A stretch of 64,000 nt of DNA from an uncultured Bacilli bacterium (GTDB lineage Bacteria > Bacillota_I > Bacilli_A > RF39 > UBA660), in contig CAKOIF010000002.1 of the NCBI GenBank assembly GCA_934086485.1, positions 33,953 to 97,952 on the forward strand. The letters run 5' to 3'. Of this stretch, positions 18,672 to 28,340 are shown piece after piece. The notes under the pieces are model-generated. The model saw nothing but the letters and a program-made list of their open reading frames with translations. It did no database searches and had not been told where the DNA came from. Positions within the stretch are counted from its first letter, which is position 1. Each line of letters opens with the position of its first letter. The position numbers and the translations under genes are program-made.

Positions 18672-20462
18672 ATGAGTAAACTTAAAAGTGAAGTAGCACC
18701 TAAAGGTATTAATTTTAGACCGGCTACAGAATTTATGCTTGGAGATAAATACTATACAATTATGACTGTTGTAGGTTATCCAAGAAGTATATTCCCAGGT
18801 TATTTATCTGATATTACAAATATTCCTGGAGTTAGACTTGCTATAAAACATATTCCTATTTCATTTGAAATTTTAAAAAAGATGTTAAATAAAGAAATAG
18901 CGGATTTAAAAATAAGATATCAACAAGAAAAAGATCAAACAACCCAAGAAAGAATTAGACAAGATTATGAATCTTTGGAACAATTTATTTCAATGCTTGC
19001 TTCTTCTCAAGCTAGAATATTTGATTTTCAAATGCATTTAATGGTTTCAGCAGATTCTAAAGATGCCTTAGAACTTACTAAAATTCAAGTTAGAAATTAT
19101 ATTGATGCACTTGGTATGAGAGCAGTATCTTTAATGTTTGAACAAGAAAAAGCATTAAAAAGTATGATACCAATATTCCCAGAACAAGATATTGAAAAAA
19201 GAATTGGTATTCCACTTCCTTCAGTTACAATTGCGGGAATGTACCCATTTGTATTTGATTCAGTAAAAGATCCTGGTGCAGGAACTCTTCTTGGAATGGA
19301 TAGATCTGGTGGTGTAATTTTATATAACCAATTCTTATATCAAATAAGAAAAGAAAATAATCGTAATAATGCAAATATTATTATTCTTGGTACATCTGGT
19401 TCAGGAAAAAGTACCGCTGCTAAACTACTTCTTAGAACTCATTTAAGAAATGGTTTAAAATGTGTATGTATTGACCCAGAGGGTGAACTTGGTGAAATGG
19501 TTAATATGATGAAAGGCGATTTCCTTGATCTTGGTAAAGGTGGAGATTTTGGTATGATTAACCCACTTGAAATCGTTGTGGATGTTGATGAAACCGAAAT
19601 AGAACAGGGACTTGGCTATACAGTTCTTACTAGAACTCTACAACAACTAAAAGCCTTTATGAAATATTATAATCCTTCAATTGAAGAGGATGTATTAACA
19701 TTATTTAGTGAAATAGTTCAAGATACTTATAAAAGGTATAAGATAGATTATGAAACTGATTTTACTAAACTTACGAGTGCAGATTTTCCTACATTTGACG
19801 ATGTTTATGCCACTATAAAAGGAAGACTTTTATCAATGACAGATGCAACAAGAGAAAGAGATGTAATGGAAAGACTTGAACTTAAAATAAGACCTTTAAT
19901 TAAGGAATTAAGGTATTATTTTACAGGTCATACAACACTTCAAATTAATAGTGATTTTATTGTATTTAATATAAAGGAAATTATGAATAGTGATGAAAAT
20001 ATTAAAAATGCTCTATTCTTTAACATATTAAAATATGCATGGGGACTTTGTCTTGATAAAGATATAAATACTGTAATGATGGTTGATGAAGCACACGTAC
20101 TTTTATCTAATCACAATGAACTTGGTGCAGAATTCTTATCTCAAATTCAAAGAAGAGCAAGAAAATATAATACAGGAACTATTGTAATTACCCAACAACC
20201 AACTGATTTTGCAGCTCCAAATTTAATAATGCATGGTAAAGCAATATTTGATAATGCATCAAGTTATTTAATAATGAATTTAAGAAAACAAGCCGTTGAT
20301 GATCTTTCTAAGTTAATCGATTTAAATGAAACTGAAATGGAAAGAATAAAATACTATAACCAAGGTGAAGGACTTCTTATATGTGGTAATAGACGTATGA
20401 ATATGACTGTTATTGCTACTCAAGAAGAACTTGATTCATTTGGTTCTGGTGGTGGATATTAA
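18672..20462 (+). CDS. VirB4-type conjugal transfer ATPase (C-terminal ATPase part)
   Basis: Walker A GTSGSGKST, Walker B MMVDEAHVLL. The 188-aa and 596-aa ORFs together equal the usual length of a single-chain VirB4. Confidence 0.9.
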   Translation: MSKLKSEVAPKGINFRPATEFMLGDKYYTIMTVVGYPRSIFPGYLSDITNIPGVRLAIKHIPISFEILKKMLNKEIADLKIRYQQEKDQTTQERIRQDYESLEQFISMLASSQARIFDFQMHLMVSADSKDALELTKIQVRNYIDALGMRAVSLMFEQEKALKSMIPIFPEQDIEKRIGIPLPSVTIAGMYPFVFDSVKDPGAGTLLGMDRSGGVILYNQFLYQIRKENNRNNANIIILGTSGSGKSTAAKLLLRTHLRNGLKCVCIDPEGELGEMVNMMKGDFLDLGKGGDFGMINPLEIVVDVDETEIEQGLGYTVLTRTLQQLKAFMKYYNPSIEEDVLTLFSEIVQDTYKRYKIDYETDFTKLTSADFPTFDDVYATIKGRLLSMTDATRERDVMERLELKIRPLIKELRYYFTGHTTLQINSDFIVFNIKEIMNSDENIKNALFFNILKYAWGLCLDKDINTVMMVDEAHVLLSNHNELGAEFLSQIQRRARKYNTGTIVITQQPTDFAAPNLIMHGKAIFDNASSYLIMNLRKQAVDDLSKLIDLNETEMERIKYYNQGEGLLICGNRRMNMTVIATQEELDSFGSGGGY

Positions 20463-20485
20463 AAGCCTTTACATGGGCTTTTTTT
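20462..20485 (+). terminator. weak rho-independent terminator or attenuator
   Basis: AAAGCC/GGCTTT stem followed by a T-run. Confidence 0.5.
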
Positions 20486-20503
20486 AATGGTATCATAGTT
20501 TTC

Positions 20504-21436
20504 ATGAAAACTAATTTATTGGGGGAAATATTAAATAAAAATACTAGTTTAAGAATGTCTTTAGGTCCTTTCACAAAGGTTCTTTATGATGTAGAAAAAA
20601 GTATTCCATTTAATCTTAGATATAATTTTTATAACAATTTATCAACATTAAAAGTACAGTTAAATCTAGATAAAACTAAGATATTAAAAAACTTTTATTC
20701 ATTTGGAATATATGATGCTAAAGAAAATAAAATAATTATAGATTCTTATGCAATAAAAAAATTTCTTAAAAAGAATAATATTAATGTTATTTATTTTAAT
20801 GAATATATAAACTTATTTTTATATCATGAATTAATGCATATGGCTAGTTCAAAAAAAGATGGTAATATTTATTATTCTGGTTTTGATAAATACCCTGTTA
20901 ATATAACTGAACTTTATAGTAGATCTTTAACTGAAGGTTATACGGAATATTTAGCTTGTCGTTATTATAATATTAATAATATTTTTTATTATATAGATAT
21001 GAAGATTACTAATATGTTAATGTGTATACTAGGTAATGATGTAATTGCATATTCTTATTATAATACTTTAGGTGTAGCTTTATTAATTCAAAAACTAAAG
21101 GAAATTTGTCCTAATGAAGATATTGATAAATTATTTAAAAATATAAACTATAGATATTCTGAAAGATTTAATGAAGATAATGTTTATTTTATTCCTTTAA
21201 TTCAAAATATACTAGTAAATATATTTATTGAAAAGATAAATAATGATATTTTAAGTGGAGTTACTTATGAAGAACTAATGCCTTGTATAAACTTTTTTAA
21301 AGAATCATTAATAACATATAATGGCTTAAAAAAAAATTATCCACATTTTAAAAATCTTCCAAATTTAAATGAAAGTTTAATAAAGTTTAATATGTTTTAT
21401 GAAAATATAAGTAATAACATAAATATGCATAGATAA
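20504..21436 (+). CDS. putative gluzincin metalloprotease inside the T4SS cluster
   Basis: LYHELMHMAS (HExxH) followed by SLTEGYTEYL (candidate third ligand Glu). Confidence 0.55.
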   Translation: MKTNLLGEILNKNTSLRMSLGPFTKVLYDVEKSIPFNLRYNFYNNLSTLKVQLNLDKTKILKNFYSFGIYDAKENKIIIDSYAIKKFLKKNNINVIYFNEYINLFLYHELMHMASSKKDGNIYYSGFDKYPVNITELYSRSLTEGYTEYLACRYYNINNIFYYIDMKITNMLMCILGNDVIAYSYYNTLGVALLIQKLKEICPNEDIDKLFKNINYRYSERFNEDNVYFIPLIQNILVNIFIEKINNDILSGVTYEELMPCINFFKESLITYNGLKKNYPHFKNLPNLNESLIKFNMFYENISNNINMHR

Positions 21437-21484
21437 ATTGTTGTAGAAACAGCTGTTTTTATGTTATAATTTTTATATTGATAG

Positions 21485-23344
21485 GTGGTGATTTTCTTGG
21501 ATAATAATGAAGATATAAATCAAGTTAATGAAGAAGAAACATTATATGATGAAGAAGTTTTACCCGAGGAAATTCCCATAGAAAACTATAACGAAGAGGG
21601 TGCCTATCAAGCTAAAAGTAATAAAGAAATTCAAAAAGAAAAAAATATTGAAACTAATAAAAAAGTAAGTAAGATGGCTACTGAGGCTGCCGCTAATTAT
21701 TTTGGTGGTCCAACAGCCGCTAGAGCAGTTAATAAACTTAACAATACTAAATTGGGTGATAAGTTAAATGAATCTGTTGGTAAAAAAATACATAATATAA
21801 CTAAAAGATCTTTTGCAGGAAGAAATATTCAAAACACAGTCAATAAACTTGATGATGATGGCACTTTAGATAAAGGACAAGCTGCTATGAATGCTTTATC
21901 TGGTTCAGGAGCTGGAAAAGGTCCAGTTAAACCAAATACTAATGCAAATCCAAATATTAATAATAGTAATAATAAACAAAAAATGAATTTTACAATGAAT
22001 CCTAAAAAGTCATCAATTGATACAAATAAAGATAAAAAAAATGAAATAGTAAGAAAAAAAATTATACAATTTATTATAAAACATCCATGGATTTTAGGTA
22101 TTGTTTTAATATTATTTTTACTTATGATAATAATGCTAGTTATTTTAGGTGGCGGTGGAGCTGAAGAACAAGCAAATTATCTTTCTTTAAATAGCTCTTG
22201 CAGTGATTTTCCAATGAAGGCTTCATCTTTATCAAGAAGTGAATTTATTAGTTTAATGGAAAAAAATCTTATAGCAAAACAAGGTAGTACAGAAGCTACA
22301 AATTTATTTGTTAAAAAGGCTGGAACTATTTACGATATAGCAACTAAAAATAATGTTAATCCGGAACTTGTTGTTGTAAGAGCGATTGCCGAAGGCTTTA
22401 CACCAGGTGTTAGGTCAAATAACTTTTGGGGATTAGCGGTATATAATGGTCAAAACTCAGGAGCAGTTTATTCATCCTTTTCTGAGGGTGTACTTGCTTT
22501 TGTTAATAATGTTTCCCAATATGATACAATTGTTGATATGATGAGTAAATACGCATATATTGGTAAGTATTGGTACAATGCTGGAAGTAATTCATTAGGT
22601 GGATGTCAATATGCTTCATATATGTATGAATTTTATGATGATGAGTCAAGGGCAAAAGAAGTTGAAAAAATTTGTGCTAAAAATGCTTGTCCTTATACTG
22701 TGTCTGGGGGAACAGCAACTGCAGTTAACTCTTCGAAATGTACGCCAACTAATGATGAAGATCAACTTGCTTATGCTAAATTTCAAGCAAGTAATATGGC
22801 TAAAATAAGAACATCTATTTTTGAACTTGAACCTTATGATTGTTCTAGTGTGGAAACTGATATTGGTAATGTAGATATTTCTAATATTAACGATATAAGA
22901 GAACTTGGAACATTAATTGCTAAAAAAGCTATTGCAACTTTTGACCATTATCAATATAGTCAAGCCAGAAGAAATGAAAATGGTTATGTAGATTGTTCAT
23001 CAATGGTTGATAGAGCATATCGTTTATTTAATATAAATTATTTGTATACACCTTGGGGTAATGCTGGTACAACAGTTACTGAATCACAATGGTGTAGAGA
23101 AAATGGTGCTGTTGTAAATAGTACTAATGTAAATGACTTTATACCTGGAGATTTAATCTTTAATAATAACTGGGGTCACGTTGTAATGTATATAGGAAAT
23201 AGTCAAATATTCGAAGCATCAGGTCATTATCCAAGTAATCCCGAATCTGATGTTAGAGTTACAAATTATTATGGTGGTACTGTAATGGTATGTAGACCTC
23301 TTAGAGTATATTTTAAAAATAAAAGCGGTTCAAATAATGCTTAA
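21485..23344 (+). CDS. bifunctional cell-wall hydrolase (CwlT/PrgK-like: glycosidase-like domain plus NlpC/P60 peptidase)
   Basis: TM anchor; C-terminal NlpC/P60 motifs YVDCSSMVDRAY and GHVVMYIG. The true start may be TTG 21497, behind AGGTGGTGA. Confidence 0.85.
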   Translation: MVIFLDNNEDINQVNEEETLYDEEVLPEEIPIENYNEEGAYQAKSNKEIQKEKNIETNKKVSKMATEAAANYFGGPTAARAVNKLNNTKLGDKLNESVGKKIHNITKRSFAGRNIQNTVNKLDDDGTLDKGQAAMNALSGSGAGKGPVKPNTNANPNINNSNNKQKMNFTMNPKKSSIDTNKDKKNEIVRKKIIQFIIKHPWILGIVLILFLLMIIMLVILGGGGAEEQANYLSLNSSCSDFPMKASSLSRSEFISLMEKNLIAKQGSTEATNLFVKKAGTIYDIATKNNVNPELVVVRAIAEGFTPGVRSNNFWGLAVYNGQNSGAVYSSFSEGVLAFVNNVSQYDTIVDMMSKYAYIGKYWYNAGSNSLGGCQYASYMYEFYDDESRAKEVEKICAKNACPYTVSGGTATAVNSSKCTPTNDEDQLAYAKFQASNMAKIRTSIFELEPYDCSSVETDIGNVDISNINDIRELGTLIAKKAIATFDHYQYSQARRNENGYVDCSSMVDRAYRLFNINYLYTPWGNAGTTVTESQWCRENGAVVNSTNVNDFIPGDLIFNNNWGHVVMYIGNSQIFEASGHYPSNPESDVRVTNYYGGTVMVCRPLRVYFKNKSGSNNA

Positions 23345-23357
23345 GAAAGGATAAAAT

Positions 23358-24179
23358 ATGGGAAAATTTAATAAATTAAGTATAATAATTATTACTCTTA
23401 TGGTTTGTATTTTTGGTTCTTTAATAGTATATTTTGCTTTATTTAAAAATAATGATGATGTAAATGTTAATATTGATAATAGTCATAACTCAAATTTATC
23501 AAATAATATAACTGGTAATAATACAAATACTACTCCAGTTGTTAAGGATGATATTAAATATTTAGTAATTGATGAATACTCTATATCATATAATAAAACT
23601 AAAAATAAGTTTAGTTCTTGCAGTAAATCAAGCGTTGAAAAAGATAAGTTAAGTGTATATATTGATGGTAATTACTATGGAAAATATAATTTAAAATATG
23701 GAAATGCTTGGAATTTATTTGACGATAATAAAGAGTATGTTGATTATAAGGGAAGCCTTTTAGCATATTCCGATGGCTTAAATGTAGAAAATGTTTCTTT
23801 TACAGCCGAAGATTTTAATAGTCAGTACATAACTGAGGCAAATAAGATATTAAATAATAGCAAGGTTAATGTTCAAGAAAACTTACATTATAATTATCGT
23901 TATTCTACAGGAAATATGAATGTTACTATTGTATCGAATTTGTATGGAGAACAAACATTATATTATAATTTAGCATATTTTACTTATTTGAATGAAAACT
24001 ATGTTATATTTAAACATACTGCAAACAATTTAAAAAGTGAATATTCTCATACCTTAAAATCTATACTAAAAATAAATAACAAAATATATATTGTATTTAA
24101 TATGTTAAATGAAAGTAATTTAAAAGAAACATTTAGTATGTACGAATTTGAAGGTAGTAAATTCAAAAAAGTTATTTAA
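23358..24179 (+). CDS. membrane-anchored protein, possible VirB8/TcpC-like T4SS component
   Basis: Single N-terminal TM, Asn-rich linker, about 200-aa beta-rich domain; assignment is by position only. Confidence 0.4.
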   Translation: MGKFNKLSIIIITLMVCIFGSLIVYFALFKNNDDVNVNIDNSHNSNLSNNITGNNTNTTPVVKDDIKYLVIDEYSISYNKTKNKFSSCSKSSVEKDKLSVYIDGNYYGKYNLKYGNAWNLFDDNKEYVDYKGSLLAYSDGLNVENVSFTAEDFNSQYITEANKILNNSKVNVQENLHYNYRYSTGNMNVTIVSNLYGEQTLYYNLAYFTYLNENYVIFKHTANNLKSEYSHTLKSILKINNKIYIVFNMLNESNLKETFSMYEFEGSKFKKVI

Positions 24180-24226
24180 AAAATATACATTATGTTGTAT
24201 AATAAATTCATTGAAAAGGAGGAAAA

Positions 24227-26467
24227 ATGAAATTTAAAGTTACCAAAAAAGATTTTATGTTATTTTGTATTTATTGTGGAATACTTTTATATTTTTGTGC
24301 GATAGCAGTACTTAATTTTTCTTCATTTTCGACTGATGGCACATTTTATGGGCTTTTACCATTTAAGGCATTTACACCTCAATATATAGGATTTACTTTA
24401 GGACTTTTTGTAGCTGCATTAATTTTAATATTTACTAGCGTATCTTCGAAAATATTTAGTAAAGATAAAGGAGAGGGATTTGGACTATTCTTTTCTGAAA
24501 AAAGTAGTGATGGTTATTCTAAGTGGGCATCAGATAAAGATATTAAAACAGATAAAAATATTGTAAAAGTAAGAACTATAGATGACCATATTGAGGCAGC
24601 TGGTGTAGCGCTTGTAAATAATGGAAAAGAAATGTGGGTTGATAATGGTGAGTACCATAATCTTATTATAGGTTCTACAGGTTCAGGTAAAACAGAATGT
24701 GTAGTTAAACCTCTTGTTAATTTACTTTCTAAAAAAGGTGAAAGTATGGTTATTACTGACCCTAAAGGTGAAATTTATCAATATTGTGGAGAATATTTAA
24801 AAAAACAAGGTTATAATATCGTAATTTTAAACTTCCGTGATCCTGAAAAAGGAAACTCTTGGAACCCACTTGCACTTCCATATATGTATTATAAACAAGG
24901 AAATCAAGATAAAGCTACAGAACTTTTAGAGGACGTATCACTTAATATTTTATATGATAAAAGTGAAGGTGGAGATTCTGCATTCTGGCAAAAGAGTGCT
25001 GCCGACTATTTTTCTGGTTTAACAATGGGTCTATTTATGGATGCCAAAGAAAAAGAGGTCAATTTAAATAGTATTAACTTTATGTCTACAGTAGGCGAGG
25101 AACGTCGTGGTACAAAAACATATATTCAAGAATATTTTAATTTAAAAGGTGAAGCAAGTCCTGCATATATATTTGCTTCGAATACAATAAATGCTCCAAA
25201 TGATACTAAAGGTGGAATATTATCTACTTTTAGACAAAAAATAAGATTATTTTCAACAAAAGAAAATTTAAGTGAAATGCTTTCATATTCAGATTTTGAT
25301 ATGAGAGATATTGGTAATAAAAAGACAGCAGTTTTTATGATTATTCATGATGAAAAGAAAACATATCATGGACTTATGACAATATTTATTAAACAGTGTT
25401 ATGAAACTTTAATTGATTGTGCTCAAGCAAATGGTGGTAAACTTACTTATCGTACAAATTTTATTCTTGATGAGTTTGCAAATATGCCTCCGCTTAAGGA
25501 TGTTGATTCAATGGTTACAGCCGCCAGAAGTAGAGCAATTAGATTTTCATTTATCATTCAAAATTTTGCTCAACTAAATGATGTTTATGGAGAAGAAGTT
25601 GCACAAGTTATTAAGGGAAACTGTGGTAATTTGATTTATTTAATTTCTACAGAACTTAAAGCTCTCGAAGAAATTAGTAAAATGTGTGGAGAGGTTAAAT
25701 CAAAAGAAAAGGATAAGACTGCATCAACACCACTTGTAACTGTATCTGATTTACAAAAATTAAAATTATTTCAAGCAATTATTATAAGGTGGCGTAAAAA
25801 TCCATTTAAAACTGATTTAGCGCCTGACTTTAAAATTGATTGGGGTATTGAAAGAAAAGATGCTGTACTTCCTGTTAGAGAGAAAACCCAAATAGAACTA
25901 TTTGATGTTAAGAAGTTTGTTTCTGAAAAGAAAAAAGAGGAAGCAATGAATAACCCTGGAATGATGGGTGGTATGGATAATCCATTTATGGGTGGAGGTG
26001 GATTTAATCCATTTATGGGAGCAAATCCATTTATGGGACCTAGACCTAGTGCTAATCCTATGGCCTCTAATGCGTCATCTACTCCTAATCCATTTATGGG
26101 TGGTGGAGAAGTAACTTCTAAAGACATAGATGATATGGTAAAAGAAATTGAAAAGAAACTTCAAGCTCTTGATGAGGAAGAAAAGAAAGAAAATGAACTT
26201 AAAAAACAATCTGAGGCTATTACTGAAGATAAACCAGTTATTAAACCAATTATTGACAAAGAACCTTCAAAAGATATAGATGAGATTATTAAAAAACTTG
26301 AAAAAACTGAAGTTCCTGATAATAATGATGAACCAGATGGATTTACTCAGGAAATAAATCTTAAAGATGAACCAAATACAATCTTAAATGTTGATAAAGA
26401 TAGTGAGGTAATTAATAATTCAGTATCTGATGATGATGATTATTTAGATGATTTCTTTGATGATTAG
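24227..26467 (+). CDS. VirD4/TraG-type coupling protein (T4CP) with NPFMG-repeat and acidic tail
   Basis: Two N-terminal TMs, Walker A GSTGSGKTE, Walker B ILDEFANMP, C-terminal low-complexity extension. Confidence 0.9.
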   Translation: MKFKVTKKDFMLFCIYCGILLYFCAIAVLNFSSFSTDGTFYGLLPFKAFTPQYIGFTLGLFVAALILIFTSVSSKIFSKDKGEGFGLFFSEKSSDGYSKWASDKDIKTDKNIVKVRTIDDHIEAAGVALVNNGKEMWVDNGEYHNLIIGSTGSGKTECVVKPLVNLLSKKGESMVITDPKGEIYQYCGEYLKKQGYNIVILNFRDPEKGNSWNPLALPYMYYKQGNQDKATELLEDVSLNILYDKSEGGDSAFWQKSAADYFSGLTMGLFMDAKEKEVNLNSINFMSTVGEERRGTKTYIQEYFNLKGEASPAYIFASNTINAPNDTKGGILSTFRQKIRLFSTKENLSEMLSYSDFDMRDIGNKKTAVFMIIHDEKKTYHGLMTIFIKQCYETLIDCAQANGGKLTYRTNFILDEFANMPPLKDVDSMVTAARSRAIRFSFIIQNFAQLNDVYGEEVAQVIKGNCGNLIYLISTELKALEEISKMCGEVKSKEKDKTASTPLVTVSDLQKLKLFQAIIIRWRKNPFKTDLAPDFKIDWGIERKDAVLPVREKTQIELFDVKKFVSEKKKEEAMNNPGMMGGMDNPFMGGGGFNPFMGANPFMGPRPSANPMASNASSTPNPFMGGGEVTSKDIDDMVKEIEKKLQALDEEEKKENELKKQSEAITEDKPVIKPIIDKEPSKDIDEIIKKLEKTEVPDNNDEPDGFTQEINLKDEPNTILNVDKDSEVINNSVSDDDDYLDDFFDD

Positions 26468-26480
26468 TGACAAATAAAAT

Positions 26481-26510
26481 AAAATCTCATATATTATTAT
26501 GAGGTTTTTT
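26481..26510 (+). terminator. rho-independent terminator after T4CP gene
   Basis: AAAATCTCAT/ATGAGGTTTT stem followed by a T-run. Confidence 0.6.
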
Positions 26511-26511
26511 T

Positions 26512-26769
26512 ATGAAAGTCATTGAATATGAAAAGTATGAAAGTTATTTAGGAAAACTTATTGATGTTCAACATCCTCTTGATTATGAAGAGTGGCATGA
26601 TCCAAGAAGTAAAAATATATATGCTGATAAATTATTGTTAAATCCAGGGTTATATCTAAAGAAAAATGAAACATACTATATAATGTGTAGAAAAGGTACA
26701 TTAAGTAGAAAAGTTGTAAGAGTGTTAACATTTTATGGTTATGATGTTGTTCTTGTAAAAAACTTTTAA
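26512..26769 (+). CDS. single-domain rhodanese-like protein
   Basis: 85 aa; active-site-like loop YIMCRKGTLS. Confidence 0.65.
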   Translation: MKVIEYEKYESYLGKLIDVQHPLDYEEWHDPRSKNIYADKLLLNPGLYLKKNETYYIMCRKGTLSRKVVRVLTFYGYDVVLVKNF

Positions 26770-26798
26770 ACATACTATAATTTTATTGGGAGTATTAT

Positions 26799-27374
26799 AT
26801 GATTGAAAATTTTGCAGATTATTTAGAAACATTCCTATTATCTTTGGGAGTATTTGCTCCAATTTTGGCATGTATTTTAATAATTATTGAATCAATAGTT
26901 CCAGTGCTTCCATTATGTGTATTTATTACAATAAATTTTTATTTTTTTGGTAAGTTTGTTGGCTTTTTATTATCTTGGATATTTACCTGTATAGGGTGCT
27001 ATTTATCTTATACTTTAGTTAGAAAAGGAGTTAAAACTATTGCTCTTGATACAGCCGAAAAATCAGGCCTTTTGCAAAAAACAATTAAAATAATAAAAAA
27101 TATGGATATAACCAATTTAATTTTAGTTATTGCTATTCCTTTTACACCAGCTTTTTTAATAAATATTGCCGCGGGTCTTGCAAAAATGGACAAGAAAAAA
27201 TTCATTATCAGTATATTAATTGGTAAAATATTTATGGTATATTTCTGGGGATTTATTGGAGTTAGTTTAATTGAAAGTTTAAAAAATCCCTTAATAATTA
27301 TAAAAGTTGTTATTTTATTAATATTTGCCTATATATTAAGTATAATTGTAAAAAAAATACTAAAAATTAATTAG
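26799..27374 (+). CDS. TVP38/TMEM64 (DedA-related) membrane protein
   Basis: 191 aa, 5-6 TM helices, typical family length and PFTPAF re-entrant motif. Confidence 0.7.
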   Translation: MIENFADYLETFLLSLGVFAPILACILIIIESIVPVLPLCVFITINFYFFGKFVGFLLSWIFTCIGCYLSYTLVRKGVKTIALDTAEKSGLLQKTIKIIKNMDITNLILVIAIPFTPAFLINIAAGLAKMDKKKFIISILIGKIFMVYFWGFIGVSLIESLKNPLIIIKVVILLIFAYILSIIVKKILKIN

Positions 27375-27380
27375 TATTTT

Positions 27381-28247
27381 TTATTTATGTACAAGTACTC
27401 TAGTGTTAGCCTCAACATTTTCATATAATGTTTTAGCGGCATCATTTTGCATATTTACACATCCATGGCTACCATTTGTCTTATATATTTCTCCTCCAAA
27501 ATCATAGCGCCAGTATGCATCATGAAATCCTATGCCACCATCAAATGGTACCCAGTAATCTACATGTAGTTTATAACCAGGACCTATTAAATATGTATCT
27601 GCTTGTTTATAATAAATATAGAAATAACCAAGTCTTGTATCATATTTATTTTCAAATCCGGTAGTAACACTTGTGGTCATAATTAATTCATTATTTTTAT
27701 ATAAATTAACTGTTTGACTTGATATATCAACTTCAACAAAGGTATCAGGAATTAATTCAATATCTTCCTTATTGAAAAAAGCATATATGTTATTTTCAAG
27801 CATTCCCCCATAAAATGTATCAGTTTCCCAATCAATTGCAACTTTTTGATATGCCTCAATATCTGCGTAATATGATCCATCAATATGGTTATAATTTGTA
27901 TTATTTTTTACATAACCATATCTTATTATTAAAGGTTTTTTTTCTTTTACTTCTTGAGTTATTTCTTCCTTATTTGTGTCTGGTTCAATCTCTTGAACTT
28001 TTACTTCTTCGGGAATACCCAATCTTTCTTTCATTTCTTTCATTGAAATTAATTCACAATCAATTCTTCTTGTGGGAATATTAATTTGATTATTATCTTT
28101 AGTATTTTCTACATTAATATTCTTTGCTATAGTGGTAGTTTCAGCCCAATTATCAACATCTCTTTTAATTTTTTTTGCACATTCATAAGTATTAATAACC
28201 GCCGCAATTAACACTGCAAATGCTATAATTCTATCTTTTGTTTTCAT
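27381..28247 (-). CDS. L,D-transpeptidase (YkuD family)
   Basis: C-terminal GIGFHD...GSHGCVNM catalytic motif; N-terminal membrane anchor. Confidence 0.85.
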   Translation of the reverse strand: MKTKDRIIAFAVLIAAVINTYECAKKIKRDVDNWAETTTIAKNINVENTKDNNQINIPTRRIDCELISMKEMKERLGIPEEVKVQEIEPDTNKEEITQEVKEKKPLIIRYGYVKNNTNYNHIDGSYYADIEAYQKVAIDWETDTFYGGMLENNIYAFFNKEDIELIPDTFVEVDISSQTVNLYKNNELIMTTSVTTGFENKYDTRLGYFYIYYKQADTYLIGPGYKLHVDYWVPFDGGIGFHDAYWRYDFGGEIYKTNGSHGCVNMQNDAAKTLYENVEANTRVLVHK

Positions 28248-28289
28248 ATCTTTATATTACTAAAACTTGATATAAAAGTCAATTTATAA

Positions 28290-28318
28290 TTTACAAATAA
28301 AATATCACGTGATACAAT
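28290..28318 (+). promoter_or_regulatory. promoter with embedded palindromic operator for the TetR/ABC operon
   Basis: TTTACA, 17-nt spacer, TACAAT. The perfect palindrome TATCACGTGATA (28303-28314) lies inside the spacer. Confidence 0.45.
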
Positions 28319-28340
28319 ATATAATGAAAGGAAGTAAAAA

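Larger units (their letters stand above)
13931..26467. mobile_element. Gram-positive type IV secretion (conjugation-like) gene cluster; ICE remnant or domesticated T4SS
   Basis: Contiguous pilin-like, VirB6, VirB3, VirB4, hydrolase and T4CP genes. No relaxase, integrase or flanking direct repeats visible. Confidence 0.6.

Noticed and set aside
25771-26127. Antisense 118-aa ORF opposite the T4CP repeat tract
   Set aside because: It is the mirror image of the NPFMG-coding repeats (it reads PPPINGL) and has no independent support.
9168-26510. tRNA-Trp as the attachment site of an ICE spanning to the end of the T4SS cluster
   Set aside because: No copy of the tRNA 3' half is visible near 26.47 kb or elsewhere in the window, and no integrase lies in between. 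Several strong terminators and a decayed housekeeping-type DHH gene break up the interval.
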